Shown here piece after piece: positions 37,677 through 46,347 of a stretch of 64,000 nt of DNA; within the stretch, counting starts at the first letter, position 1, and each line of letters begins with the position of its first letter. The DNA comes from Candidatus Kaiserbacteria bacterium. Its GTDB lineage: Bacteria > Patescibacteriota > Minisyncoccia > Phycocordibacterales > UBA918. The translations under genes and the position numbers were made by a program. Under the pieces are notes generated by a model. The model searched no databases, was not told where the DNA came from, and saw only the letters and a list, made by a program, of their open reading frames with translations. Location: positions 35,714 through 99,713 of the forward strand of contig JANPCG010000010.1 of the NCBI GenBank assembly GCA_031430855.1, read 5' to 3'.

Positions 37677-38924
37677 ATGAGTAAACCTGTCAGTTTTAAA
37701 ATCGAAGCCAAAGGTAAAGGTAACCTCGCGCGAGCCGGGGTAATTTCGACGCCTCATGGCGACATACAAACTCCAGCGTATGTTGTTGTCGGTACCAAAG
37801 CGAGCGTAAAAAGTCTTATGCCCGAAGATCTTACACAATATGTCGGCAATCAAGTTACCTTAGCGAATACCTACCACCTCTTCTTGCAGCCAGGACATGA
37901 GACCATAAAGGCTGCCGGGGGATTGCATCAATTTGCCCAGTGGCAGATGCCAACCATGACTGACTCGGGTGGATTTCAAGTCTTTAGTCTCGGTGCTGCT
38001 TTTGGTAAAGGTGTTACGAAATTTGCAAAGGGTGAAGTTGATAATGAAACAGCAGTTCCAGCTAAAGCTGGTTTAAATGTCTATAGTCAAAAATTTGCTG
38101 AAGACCATGGCAAGCTCTGTATCATTGATGAAGAAGGAGTGACTTTCACCTCACATATAGATGGTTCAATGCACCGCTTTACCGCTGAACGCTCGATTGA
38201 TATCCAGCATGCTATTGGGGCCGATATTATTATTGCATTTGATGAATGTACCAGTCCAACCGCTGATCGTGACTATCAAAAAGAAGCTATGGACAGAACC
38301 CATCGCTGGGCAAAACGAAGTATTTTAGCCCATAAACAAAACTATGAGGCCCTCAAGAAACAAGGTCTCTATGGCGTAATTCAGGGTGGACAATTTCTTG
38401 ATTTACGACAGGAAAGTGCGCGCGCACTTTCTGATATGGATTTTGATGGCTTTGGTATTGGTGGAAGTTTTTCAAAAGACGATCTGGGTGATAGTTTACG
38501 AGTCGTAAACGAAATCCTGCCCGAAGATAAACCAAGGCACTTACTTGGAATTGGGGAGCCGGAGGATATTGTTGAAGGTGTCCTCATGGGGTGCGACACC
38601 TTTGACTGTGTTGCCGCCACGCGGATTGGACGCACGGGGACAATTTATGTCATGACAGGCGAATTTAAAACTACTCCCTGTGGTACCTTTACCTACCCTG
38701 TTTCTAAAAAAATAAATTTAAATAACCAAAAGTACAAAACGGATCATACCGTACTAGACCCTCTTTCTCTTGGATACGTGGCTCAAAAGTACACGAAGGC
38801 CTATGTTGCACACCTCTTTCGGGCTGGTGAAATCTTAGGTCCTCATCTGGCCTCAATTCACAACCTTAATTTCATCGTAAATTTCACCAAAAACCTCCGC
38901 GACCAACTCCTCAAGAATCAGTAA
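37677..38924 (+). CDS. tgt: Queuine tRNA-ribosyltransferase (tRNA-guanine transglycosylase).
   Basis: The N-terminus NLARAGVISTPHGDIQTPAYVVVGT...LANTYHL and the motifs IIAFDECTS, VIQGG and GIGEPEDIVEGVLMGCDTFDCV match Tgt. I did not see the canonical CxCxxC zinc motif. Confidence 0.85.
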   Translation: MSKPVSFKIEAKGKGNLARAGVISTPHGDIQTPAYVVVGTKASVKSLMPEDLTQYVGNQVTLANTYHLFLQPGHETIKAAGGLHQFAQWQMPTMTDSGGFQVFSLGAAFGKGVTKFAKGEVDNETAVPAKAGLNVYSQKFAEDHGKLCIIDEEGVTFTSHIDGSMHRFTAERSIDIQHAIGADIIIAFDECTSPTADRDYQKEAMDRTHRWAKRSILAHKQNYEALKKQGLYGVIQGGQFLDLRQESARALSDMDFDGFGIGGSFSKDDLGDSLRVVNEILPEDKPRHLLGIGEPEDIVEGVLMGCDTFDCVAATRIGRTGTIYVMTGEFKTTPCGTFTYPVSKKINLNNQKYKTDHTVLDPLSLGYVAQKYTKAYVAHLFRAGEILGPHLASIHNLNFIVNFTKNLRDQLLKNQ

Positions 38925-38949
38925 ACTTAAATACGCTCCTGCTCAAGTA

Positions 38950-39600
38950 GGAGGTCCTGCCTCCTACTTCTCATTTCTTTTATTATATCAACTACTTCCA
39001 GCATATTTTCCTCACTAAAGGAGGAGGCAAGACCTCTTACTAGCTCATCTCTATAGTTTATGCTGGCGCGGTAAAGATTTTTGTCATCTATATATTATGA
39101 ACTATATTGTTAAATCCTACATACGCTAGTATGTGCTTTAGATATTCATCAGAATCAATATGATTAGCTTTAAATTTCCCTTGAAATAATACTCCTGATC
39201 TTTCATATTTTTGATTAAAATACATGGTATAGCCACCAGCAATTCTTTGCATATATTTAGACAGTCCGCCATCAACATCGTTACATCGTAAAACTAAATG
39301 ATAGTGATTGGGCAGTAAACAATATGCCAAAATTGTGACAGGGGGATTTACTTGCGGTTTATTTGTTAGTAGTTTTAAGCCCCCGACTACTTCGCTACTA
39401 TTAAAATGTCTGAGCATCTTTAAAAAATATACATAGTCTTGCTGATCTTCAAAAATAGTACGTTTATCAACACTTCGATTGAAGCAGTGAAAAATTTCAC
39501 CCGGTGCAAATGAAATGGGGCGAATGGACATAACAAATTATACAACACTTTTTTGAAGTATGAGGCAGGACCTCCTTATTTAGGGGTGGATTATTTGGCT
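38950..39600 (-). mobile_element. IS200/IS605-family or RAYT-like element: Y1 (HUH) transposase gene flanked by REP-like palindromic repeats.
   Basis: The left flank has the hairpin gtaggaggtcctgcctcctac (~38956-38976). The right flank gaggcaggacctcc (~39562-39575) is the inverted copy of its 14-nt core. A third related copy, gaggcaagacctct, lies at ~39017-39030. Confidence 0.6.
39088..39531 (-). CDS. IS200-like / REP-associated tyrosine transposase (Y1 HUH family), 147 aa.
   Basis: The HUH motif is LLPNHYHLVL and the N-terminal block is GEIFHCFNRSVDKRTIFEDQQD. The C-terminal region has conserved Tyr and Gln (MQRIAGGYTMYFNQKYERSGVLFQGKFK). The size is typical of TnpA(IS200) or RAYT. Confidence 0.75.
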   Translation of the reverse strand: MSIRPISFAPGEIFHCFNRSVDKRTIFEDQQDYVYFLKMLRHFNSSEVVGGLKLLTNKPQVNPPVTILAYCLLPNHYHLVLRCNDVDGGLSKYMQRIAGGYTMYFNQKYERSGVLFQGKFKANHIDSDEYLKHILAYVGFNNIVHNI

Positions 39601-39643
39601 TTGACTTTATATATTAGACTAGGCGGGGTATACTCATTATTCA

Positions 39644-41785
39644 ATGCAATTCGAAATTTCGACAGATAAGACCCCCGCGGGTGATCAGCCAAAGGCCATT
39701 GAATCCCTTGTTCATGGTGTGCGTGCTGGTGTAAAACACCAGACCTTATTAGGGGTAACAGGATCTGGGAAAACCTTTACTGGGGCTAATGTCATACAGC
39801 AGATTCAAAAGCCAACCCTTGTGATTGCGCATAATAAGACCCTGGCGGCCCAGTTAGCCCAGGAATACCGAGATTTCTTTCCCAATAATGCCGTGCATTA
39901 CTTTGTCTCGTACTACGACTACTACCAGCCAGAAGCATACATGCCAACCTCAGACACTTTTATTGAAAAAGAGGCACAAATTAATGAAGAGATTGATCGG
40001 CTTCGACATGCATCAACCCAGGCCCTGCTCTCACGGCAAGACGTTATTATTGTAGCGTCGGTATCGTGTATTTATGGTTTAGGTTCGCCAAAAGAGTATT
40101 TAAAACGACACTTACAAATTGAAAAAGGTTTTGAGACGACTCGTATGGAGTTTGTGCGGACCCTAATCGACATGTATTTTGAAAGAACGAACGCTGATTT
40201 AAATCCTGGTCAATTTAGAGCTGTCGGTAATATGGTTGAGGTAATGCCAACCAATGAACGAAGTATTTATCGAATCGCTTTTACGGGAAATGTGGTAACC
40301 GCAATTACTAAAATCGATGGTATCACCCGCTCAATTATAGAAGAACCAGAGACTTTTTTCCTATTCCCGGCGAAACACTTTGTATCACCTGAAGACGAAC
40401 GGAAGGTAGCCTATGAAGACATTAAGCTCGAGCTTGAAATGCAGCTTGAAAAATTCAAAAAGGAGGGGAAGCTCCTCGAAGCTGAGCGTATTAAGCGTCG
40501 GACGCAACACGACCTCGCTCTTATCCGCGAAGTTGGCTATTGTAACGGGATTGAGAATTACTCCCGCCACTTTGATCGACGTAAATCAGGTGAAGCACCA
40601 TTTACATTGCTGTCATACTTTCCCCACACTCCGGAGGGGAAGCCCGACTTCCTGACTATCATTGATGAATCACATGTAACAATTCCTCAACTCAATGGTA
40701 TGTATGCTGGCGATCGCTCGCGTAAAGATACATTGGTCGAATTCGGCTTTCGTTTACCGTCGGCGGTTGATAACAGGCCGTTAAAATTCGCAGAATTTGA
40801 TGAACGTATCGGGCTGCGGATATATACATCAGCCACACCAGGACATTATGAATTTGAGCATTCTTGTCCTCAGGCGACGCCAAAGACCACTGGTGCAGGG
40901 GAAACGAAAATGCCTCACGCTGATTGGGTAAAGGGTTTTGATTTAAAGGTCTGTCTAGAGTCGGGAGCTGTGGTTGAGCAAATCATTCGTCCGACTGGTC
41001 TTGTAGATCCTGAAATTGATCTCCGAAAAGTGACTCAAGTTGGTGAGTATCCTGGACAAATTAAAGACTTTATTGCTGAAGCAGAACGGGTAATCGCAGG
41101 TGGAGGACGCGTCCTTACAACTACATTAACCAAGAAAATGGCTGAGGATTTAGCTGAATTTCTCACGGAGAGAAAAATTAATACCAAATATATTCATAGC
41201 GATATAAAAACAATTGAACGCATTGAAATTTTGACTGATTTCAGACGAGGCAAATTTGATTGTTTAGTTGGCGTTAACCTGCTTCGTGAAGGACTCGATC
41301 TCCCAGAAGTAGAACTGGTTGCAATCCTTGATGCTGATAAGGCTGGTTTTTTGCGCAGCGAGACAGCGCTTATTCAAACTATTGGTCGCGCCGCCAGAAA
41401 TGTCTTAGGACGAGTAATACTGTATGCGGACGAAATAACTGACGCTCTCACTTATGCAATTAATGAAACAAATCGAAGGCGTGCTATTCAAGTTTTGCAT
41501 AATACAAAACATGGAATAACTCCAACAACGATTGCTAAAGAAATTAAATCAATTGCCGATCAAATGCGGACTGAACACGACGAAACAGTTGAGACGTTGC
41601 TGCGGGTCGATATTGAACTCTTTAAACGAAATCCAATAAAAGTCCTCAAGGAAAAACGACAACAAATGGAAGAGGCCGTAGCAATTCTCGATTTTGAAAC
41701 AGCAGCTATTATCCGTGATGAAATTGCCTACCTAGAGACAGCGGGGAGTGGCAAAAAAACACCAAAGAAGAAAGGAATCATCTAG
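39644..41785 (+). CDS. uvrB: Excinuclease ABC subunit B.
   Basis: Walker A is LLGVTGSGKTF, with helicase motifs and a UvrB beta-hairpin region. The C-terminal UVR domain reads EAVAILDFETAAIIRDEIAYLE. Length is 713 aa. Confidence 0.9.
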   Translation: MQFEISTDKTPAGDQPKAIESLVHGVRAGVKHQTLLGVTGSGKTFTGANVIQQIQKPTLVIAHNKTLAAQLAQEYRDFFPNNAVHYFVSYYDYYQPEAYMPTSDTFIEKEAQINEEIDRLRHASTQALLSRQDVIIVASVSCIYGLGSPKEYLKRHLQIEKGFETTRMEFVRTLIDMYFERTNADLNPGQFRAVGNMVEVMPTNERSIYRIAFTGNVVTAITKIDGITRSIIEEPETFFLFPAKHFVSPEDERKVAYEDIKLELEMQLEKFKKEGKLLEAERIKRRTQHDLALIREVGYCNGIENYSRHFDRRKSGEAPFTLLSYFPHTPEGKPDFLTIIDESHVTIPQLNGMYAGDRSRKDTLVEFGFRLPSAVDNRPLKFAEFDERIGLRIYTSATPGHYEFEHSCPQATPKTTGAGETKMPHADWVKGFDLKVCLESGAVVEQIIRPTGLVDPEIDLRKVTQVGEYPGQIKDFIAEAERVIAGGGRVLTTTLTKKMAEDLAEFLTERKINTKYIHSDIKTIERIEILTDFRRGKFDCLVGVNLLREGLDLPEVELVAILDADKAGFLRSETALIQTIGRAARNVLGRVILYADEITDALTYAINETNRRRAIQVLHNTKHGITPTTIAKEIKSIADQMRTEHDETVETLLRVDIELFKRNPIKVLKEKRQQMEEAVAILDFETAAIIRDEIAYLETAGSGKKTPKKKGII

Positions 41786-41834
41786 TCCCAACCGGTTGTG
41801 TCAATAGCGAGAATTATTTTGTATACTGAAAAGT

Positions 41835-42215
41835 ATGACTTCAGTAATTATCGTTGAAGATGATCCTTTTATCCGTGATATAACGACACTTAAATGTAGT
41901 GAACACGGCTATGCGGTAACCGTATGCACGAGCGGAGAAGAAACGCTCTCTGCTTTTGATCGTATGCCCTTCGACGTTGTAATACTTGACCTTGATTTGC
42001 CTGATATGTCAGGCATCGCACTCCTTAAGGATATTAAGGCACATAAAAACGGAGGGGAAACTGACGTTATCGTATTTTCTAATAGCACTGATCTGACTAA
42101 AAAAGTTGAAGTTACTAAACTTGGGATGTTAGGGTATTTTGAAAAATCATCAGCAGAATATGAGGAATTATTTGCTCTGGTTGATTCAGCTATGCTTTAC
42201 CACACAAATGAGTAA
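41835..42215 (+). CDS. Stand-alone response regulator receiver domain (CheY-like).
   Basis: IIVEDDPFIRD carries the acidic pair. VVILDLDLPDMSG carries the phospho-acceptor Asp. The conserved Thr/Ser (VIVFSNSTD) and Lys are present. There is no output domain. Confidence 0.8.
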   Translation: MTSVIIVEDDPFIRDITTLKCSEHGYAVTVCTSGEETLSAFDRMPFDVVILDLDLPDMSGIALLKDIKAHKNGGETDVIVFSNSTDLTKKVEVTKLGMLGYFEKSSAEYEELFALVDSAMLYHTNE

Positions 42216-42270
42216 AAAGAATGTGTTGAAAATTAAAGGTACCACTTCACTATCGTAGTATACTAAACAG

Positions 42271-44904
42271 ATGCTAACGACTAAAAAAGTCGCTCCTCCC
42301 GTAGTTGCGGTAAAACCTGCAAAGACGGTAAAGAAACGTACCTCAAAGGTATTATCTTCTTCAGAGTTTATGCCACTTTTACGGACGAAAGAATCAATTA
42401 AAAAACCTATACGAAAAACAAAAGAACCACGATTAACAACTGAGACGCGTAATTTAAAGAGCAAAAAAATTCCTTCAGGAGTGCAAAAACATATAATTCT
42501 TAGTGACTCGGAACGGTCACAGCTACAGCCACGCGGTAGTCAAATGGTTAGGTATTTGATTGCGCTTCCAAGAATTTCGCTTTCTCCTACATCGGTACAG
42601 ATTGTAAGTGTTACCAGTCGTAGTATTGGTGTTGCTATTGCATGTGTCGGTATAGCGTACTCACTCTTCGGTTCACTTATTGGAGTAAGTGCTCTTACAC
42701 AAACAGCGCAGGTTATAAACTATGCGACTTCTACTATACAAAATATTGATTGTACTCTTGCTATCAATTTCAGTAACCTAGAGTGTCAGGGAGCCATAAA
42801 CACTAAACCAGTGCCAACTATTACTATTGCCGACGGTGGAGCCACATTATCAGGTATTGTACCCGTAAGGGTCGCCGTTGATCATGCGGAGATTGTTCGC
42901 ATGCGACTAGTGACCCTAGATGGACAGATCGCTTCAACCTGGCTAGGTACCGTATTTAATCAAAGCACCAATGACTGGCAGCGTAAGATTGACACGTCTG
43001 CCTATCCTAATGGTCAATATCGTCTCCTCGTATATGTAAGTAATACTTATGGCGGGTACGAAACATTTGGTCAAACAACCTACTCATTTATAAACTCAGC
43101 AACTATTCTGCCGACCTCAACCACTACCGCGTCATCGTCTACAACGGGTACAGCACCAATTCAAACCACTGACACTATTACTATCAATAGTGTCACGACA
43201 AATGTCACTGAGTCCACTAACAGTTTTATTTTTACCATAATGGTTTCACCGGTAGAAAAAGTAATACTTTCTGCTGTACACACTGAAACGGGAAAAATGT
43301 ACACTATTGGTGATGCTAAAGAAATAGATTCCGGACAATGGCGTCGGATGTGGGACACTGGCTCACTTCCGTTTGGTCAATATAGACTTAAAGTACGAGC
43401 TATTAGTGACACAAACTCAAAAACCATAGATTCAATTTTAGTAAAGAAAGTTGAGTCTGTTGTTACTGTAGATACAAATCCTGTTGACGTAATACCACTT
43501 GTACTGAAGCCTCCCGTCTCAATTTCAGTACTGGCTGCATCACCACTTCGCAGCATGGTTGGAATTTCTATCGATGTAGCGCATGCAAGTTCAGTAGAAT
43601 TAGCCCTTCAGCCAAAAAGTGCACTCCGCTATAGTCAGCTTGGTCGAGCGGTGAGAAGTGGGATAAGTACCTGGGTGTACCGTTTTGATACCACCATGGT
43701 GCCTGACGGTGAATATAATCTTAAAGCATTTGTCAAAAATCAGTATGGTGAATATGAGACTATCAAAACAGGTATCATTGTTAAAAACTTCGTTGAAAAG
43801 GTGCTCACTGAGACAGAGACTGAGGAAGTAAAAGTACTTGAATCAATCGCTTCAAAAGTTATTAGTGCACCAATTGTTACGAATTCTTCAGCGACAGTAG
43901 CTGTATCAGAACCGATAGTACCTCTTACGGTAAATAATATAGAACCTACTGATGCCCGCGTTGAATCTCCACTCGTCTCACCACTTGATCAGATACAACA
44001 GTCTGAGTTACAACAAACTCTCGATAGGCTTTCTGTCGCTATCAGAATGTCAGATGAGTCAGAAGTGGCTCGTATTACAGGAGAGATTGCCCTCTATAAA
44101 GAGAAAATTCAAGATGTAGCCAGTGAGAGAGCACTAATCGAAACATACATCGCAAACATTATTAAAGAAACTGAAGAGAAAGTCGCACGAACAAACACCA
44201 TCATCGAGGAGCGAACCAAACAAAAAGCAGCTCAAGATTCCGACCAAGACAAAGTGTCAGACTATGACGAAGTTAATATTTATGCTACTAACCCCTTCTT
44301 GGCTGATAGTGACAACGATGGTTTCATTGATGGAGTGGAAATTCTCCGTGGCTACGATCCTACAAATTCAAAACCAGAAACTCTTGTTCAATTTGAATCT
44401 CCAAAAGAATCTGGTGTGGTTCGGGAAGACATTTTAAAAATTAAGTCTATAACTACAGCGCCAGCACTTAGTGAAATTGAAACGTCTCCTAAAGAAGCCG
44501 CCGTAATTTCAGGTGTCGCTCTCCCAAATAGTTTTATCACCTTATTTATTTATAGTACGCCAATTATTGTTACCATAAGAACTGATACTGATGGTAGCTG
44601 GAACTATCGTCTCGATAAAGAATTAGAAGACGGTGAACACGAAATGTACATTGGAGTTACCGATAACGCCGGAAAAATTGTTGCAAAGAGTTCATCCTTT
44701 GCATTCATCAAGCGAGCTGAAGCTTTTACGGGCGTTGTTGTTGATACACCAGCAACGGTTACTAGTGACGAAGATTCAAGTCTGCTTTCAGAATATGTTG
44801 TATATCTTGTCTTAGGTATTTCAACTTTAGCAATTGGCCTAATACTTATGATGCTTGGACTGCAACTACAAGCCAGAAAGACTGAGGTAATTGTAGCAGA
44901 ATAA
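42271..44904 (+). CDS. Large (877 aa) membrane protein with a basic N-terminus, TM, repeated Ig-like domains, a coiled coil, a possible Ca-binding D-rich loop and a C-terminal TM.
   Basis: The N-terminus is Lys-rich (KKVAPPVVAVKPAKTVKKRTSK). The first TM is IGVAIACVGIAYSLFGSLIGV. Three Ig-like repeats each contain G[QE]Y[RN]LK/L motifs. A DSDNDGFIDGVE loop is present. The C-terminal TM is VYLVLGISTLAIGLILMMLGL. Confidence 0.6.
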   Translation: MLTTKKVAPPVVAVKPAKTVKKRTSKVLSSSEFMPLLRTKESIKKPIRKTKEPRLTTETRNLKSKKIPSGVQKHIILSDSERSQLQPRGSQMVRYLIALPRISLSPTSVQIVSVTSRSIGVAIACVGIAYSLFGSLIGVSALTQTAQVINYATSTIQNIDCTLAINFSNLECQGAINTKPVPTITIADGGATLSGIVPVRVAVDHAEIVRMRLVTLDGQIASTWLGTVFNQSTNDWQRKIDTSAYPNGQYRLLVYVSNTYGGYETFGQTTYSFINSATILPTSTTTASSSTTGTAPIQTTDTITINSVTTNVTESTNSFIFTIMVSPVEKVILSAVHTETGKMYTIGDAKEIDSGQWRRMWDTGSLPFGQYRLKVRAISDTNSKTIDSILVKKVESVVTVDTNPVDVIPLVLKPPVSISVLAASPLRSMVGISIDVAHASSVELALQPKSALRYSQLGRAVRSGISTWVYRFDTTMVPDGEYNLKAFVKNQYGEYETIKTGIIVKNFVEKVLTETETEEVKVLESIASKVISAPIVTNSSATVAVSEPIVPLTVNNIEPTDARVESPLVSPLDQIQQSELQQTLDRLSVAIRMSDESEVARITGEIALYKEKIQDVASERALIETYIANIIKETEEKVARTNTIIEERTKQKAAQDSDQDKVSDYDEVNIYATNPFLADSDNDGFIDGVEILRGYDPTNSKPETLVQFESPKESGVVREDILKIKSITTAPALSEIETSPKEAAVISGVALPNSFITLFIYSTPIIVTIRTDTDGSWNYRLDKELEDGEHEMYIGVTDNAGKIVAKSSSFAFIKRAEAFTGVVVDTPATVTSDEDSSLLSEYVVYLVLGISTLAIGLILMMLGLQLQARKTEVIVAE

Positions 44905-44920
44905 AGCGTTCACACTTCCC

Positions 44921-46261
44921 ATGCAACAGAAATCAAAAAAATCTCTACTGCAAGGTTTGATGTATTTAAAGCAACATCCACAAATTATCTTTGCATTGAT
45001 GTTGCTTTTTGTTATTCCACTTTTATTTTTATACACGGGACAACAATTTCTGGAAGTCGGTAAATATAACCAAGACCGCCTCCAGAAAGACAAGGTAGGA
45101 ATAATGCATGACGTCATTGTTTCCCTTACTGCAGCTACAAATATCAATGTCGACTTATTCGAAGCAGAAATGGATAAGCTTGTCGCACAAAACCCAGATA
45201 TTGTTGACTATAAACTGTTACAAGCAACGCCAGAAGGAATTGTGACCCTCAGTTCATTTAAAGAAAGTGAGAAAGGTAAAAAAGAAGAAAATACTGAACC
45301 CTATAGCAGTGCGGCGTTGCTTCCTAATGAGTCCATTATTTTTGAAGCAACAGAATATAATGTCCGTTTTTGGTATAGCTACCGTTCATTTACTGATAGC
45401 GTTGGTGGTCAATATTTTTTGTATACAAAATCTTCTCTCCAGGCAATCGATCAACTTTTTGCGACCCGTGAATTCGATGCCTATATACGTCTTATATTTA
45501 TTTATCTATTTCTTTTAATTCTTGCAATTTGGCATATTAAATTAACTGACTACCGATATCTCTATAATGAAGCTAGAAAAGCGATTGAAACAAAAGACCT
45601 GTTTACTCATATGATAGCCCACGAATTACGAGCCCCACTAACAGCAATTCGTGGCTATGCGAGTTTACTTAAAGACAAGATCGAAGATGTAACACTCCAT
45701 GAACAAGTCAGCCGGATTGAAACCTCATCGGAACGACTTATAACAATTGTAAATGACTTGCTTGATATAGCGCGAATCCAATCAGGAAAGCTTGAAGTTA
45801 AAGTTGAAAACGTAAACCTCAACACAGTAATAAATCAAATTGTTTCTGAATTTAGAAGTACCGCTGAAAGTAAAGGTTGTGTACTCCTCTGGAAGGAAAC
45901 TGCTACTGACCTGACTATTTCAGCTGATAAAATGCGTACTGAACAAATTATTACCAATATACTCAGTAACGCAATCAAATATACCGATAAAGGTACCGTA
46001 ACGGTACTAACCGAAATTCATCGTTCAACGGTTGAAGTACGAATCAAAGATACGGGACAAGGAATCGGATCTGATGATCAAAAGAAGCTCTTTGCACCAT
46101 TTTTCCGTACCCAATCTGCTGAAACGGGAGGAGTTACCGGAACAGGACTTGGAATGTGGATCACCAAACAACTCATTGAATTGATGGGTGGATCTATCGG
46201 AGTAGAATCAATTCAAGGTGTCGGAACTCAAATTGTCATTATATTCCCCAAAGCGATCTGA
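44921..46261 (+). CDS. Sensor histidine kinase (two TM helices, an extracytoplasmic loop, HisKA and HATPase_c).
   Basis: The H-box is HELRAPLTAIRGYASLL, the N-box NILSNAIKYT, G1 IKDTGQGI and G2 GTGLGMWITKQLIELMGG. Confidence 0.8.
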   Translation: MQQKSKKSLLQGLMYLKQHPQIIFALMLLFVIPLLFLYTGQQFLEVGKYNQDRLQKDKVGIMHDVIVSLTAATNINVDLFEAEMDKLVAQNPDIVDYKLLQATPEGIVTLSSFKESEKGKKEENTEPYSSAALLPNESIIFEATEYNVRFWYSYRSFTDSVGGQYFLYTKSSLQAIDQLFATREFDAYIRLIFIYLFLLILAIWHIKLTDYRYLYNEARKAIETKDLFTHMIAHELRAPLTAIRGYASLLKDKIEDVTLHEQVSRIETSSERLITIVNDLLDIARIQSGKLEVKVENVNLNTVINQIVSEFRSTAESKGCVLLWKETATDLTISADKMRTEQIITNILSNAIKYTDKGTVTVLTEIHRSTVEVRIKDTGQGIGSDDQKKLFAPFFRTQSAETGGVTGTGLGMWITKQLIELMGGSIGVESIQGVGTQIVIIFPKAI

Positions 46262-46347
46262 CCCATACAGTATCAATTTTGAATCTTTCTTAAAACCAGG
46301 TATAATCTCCACATGATACCGCTACCGCCAGGCAGCGGCGTATATGT

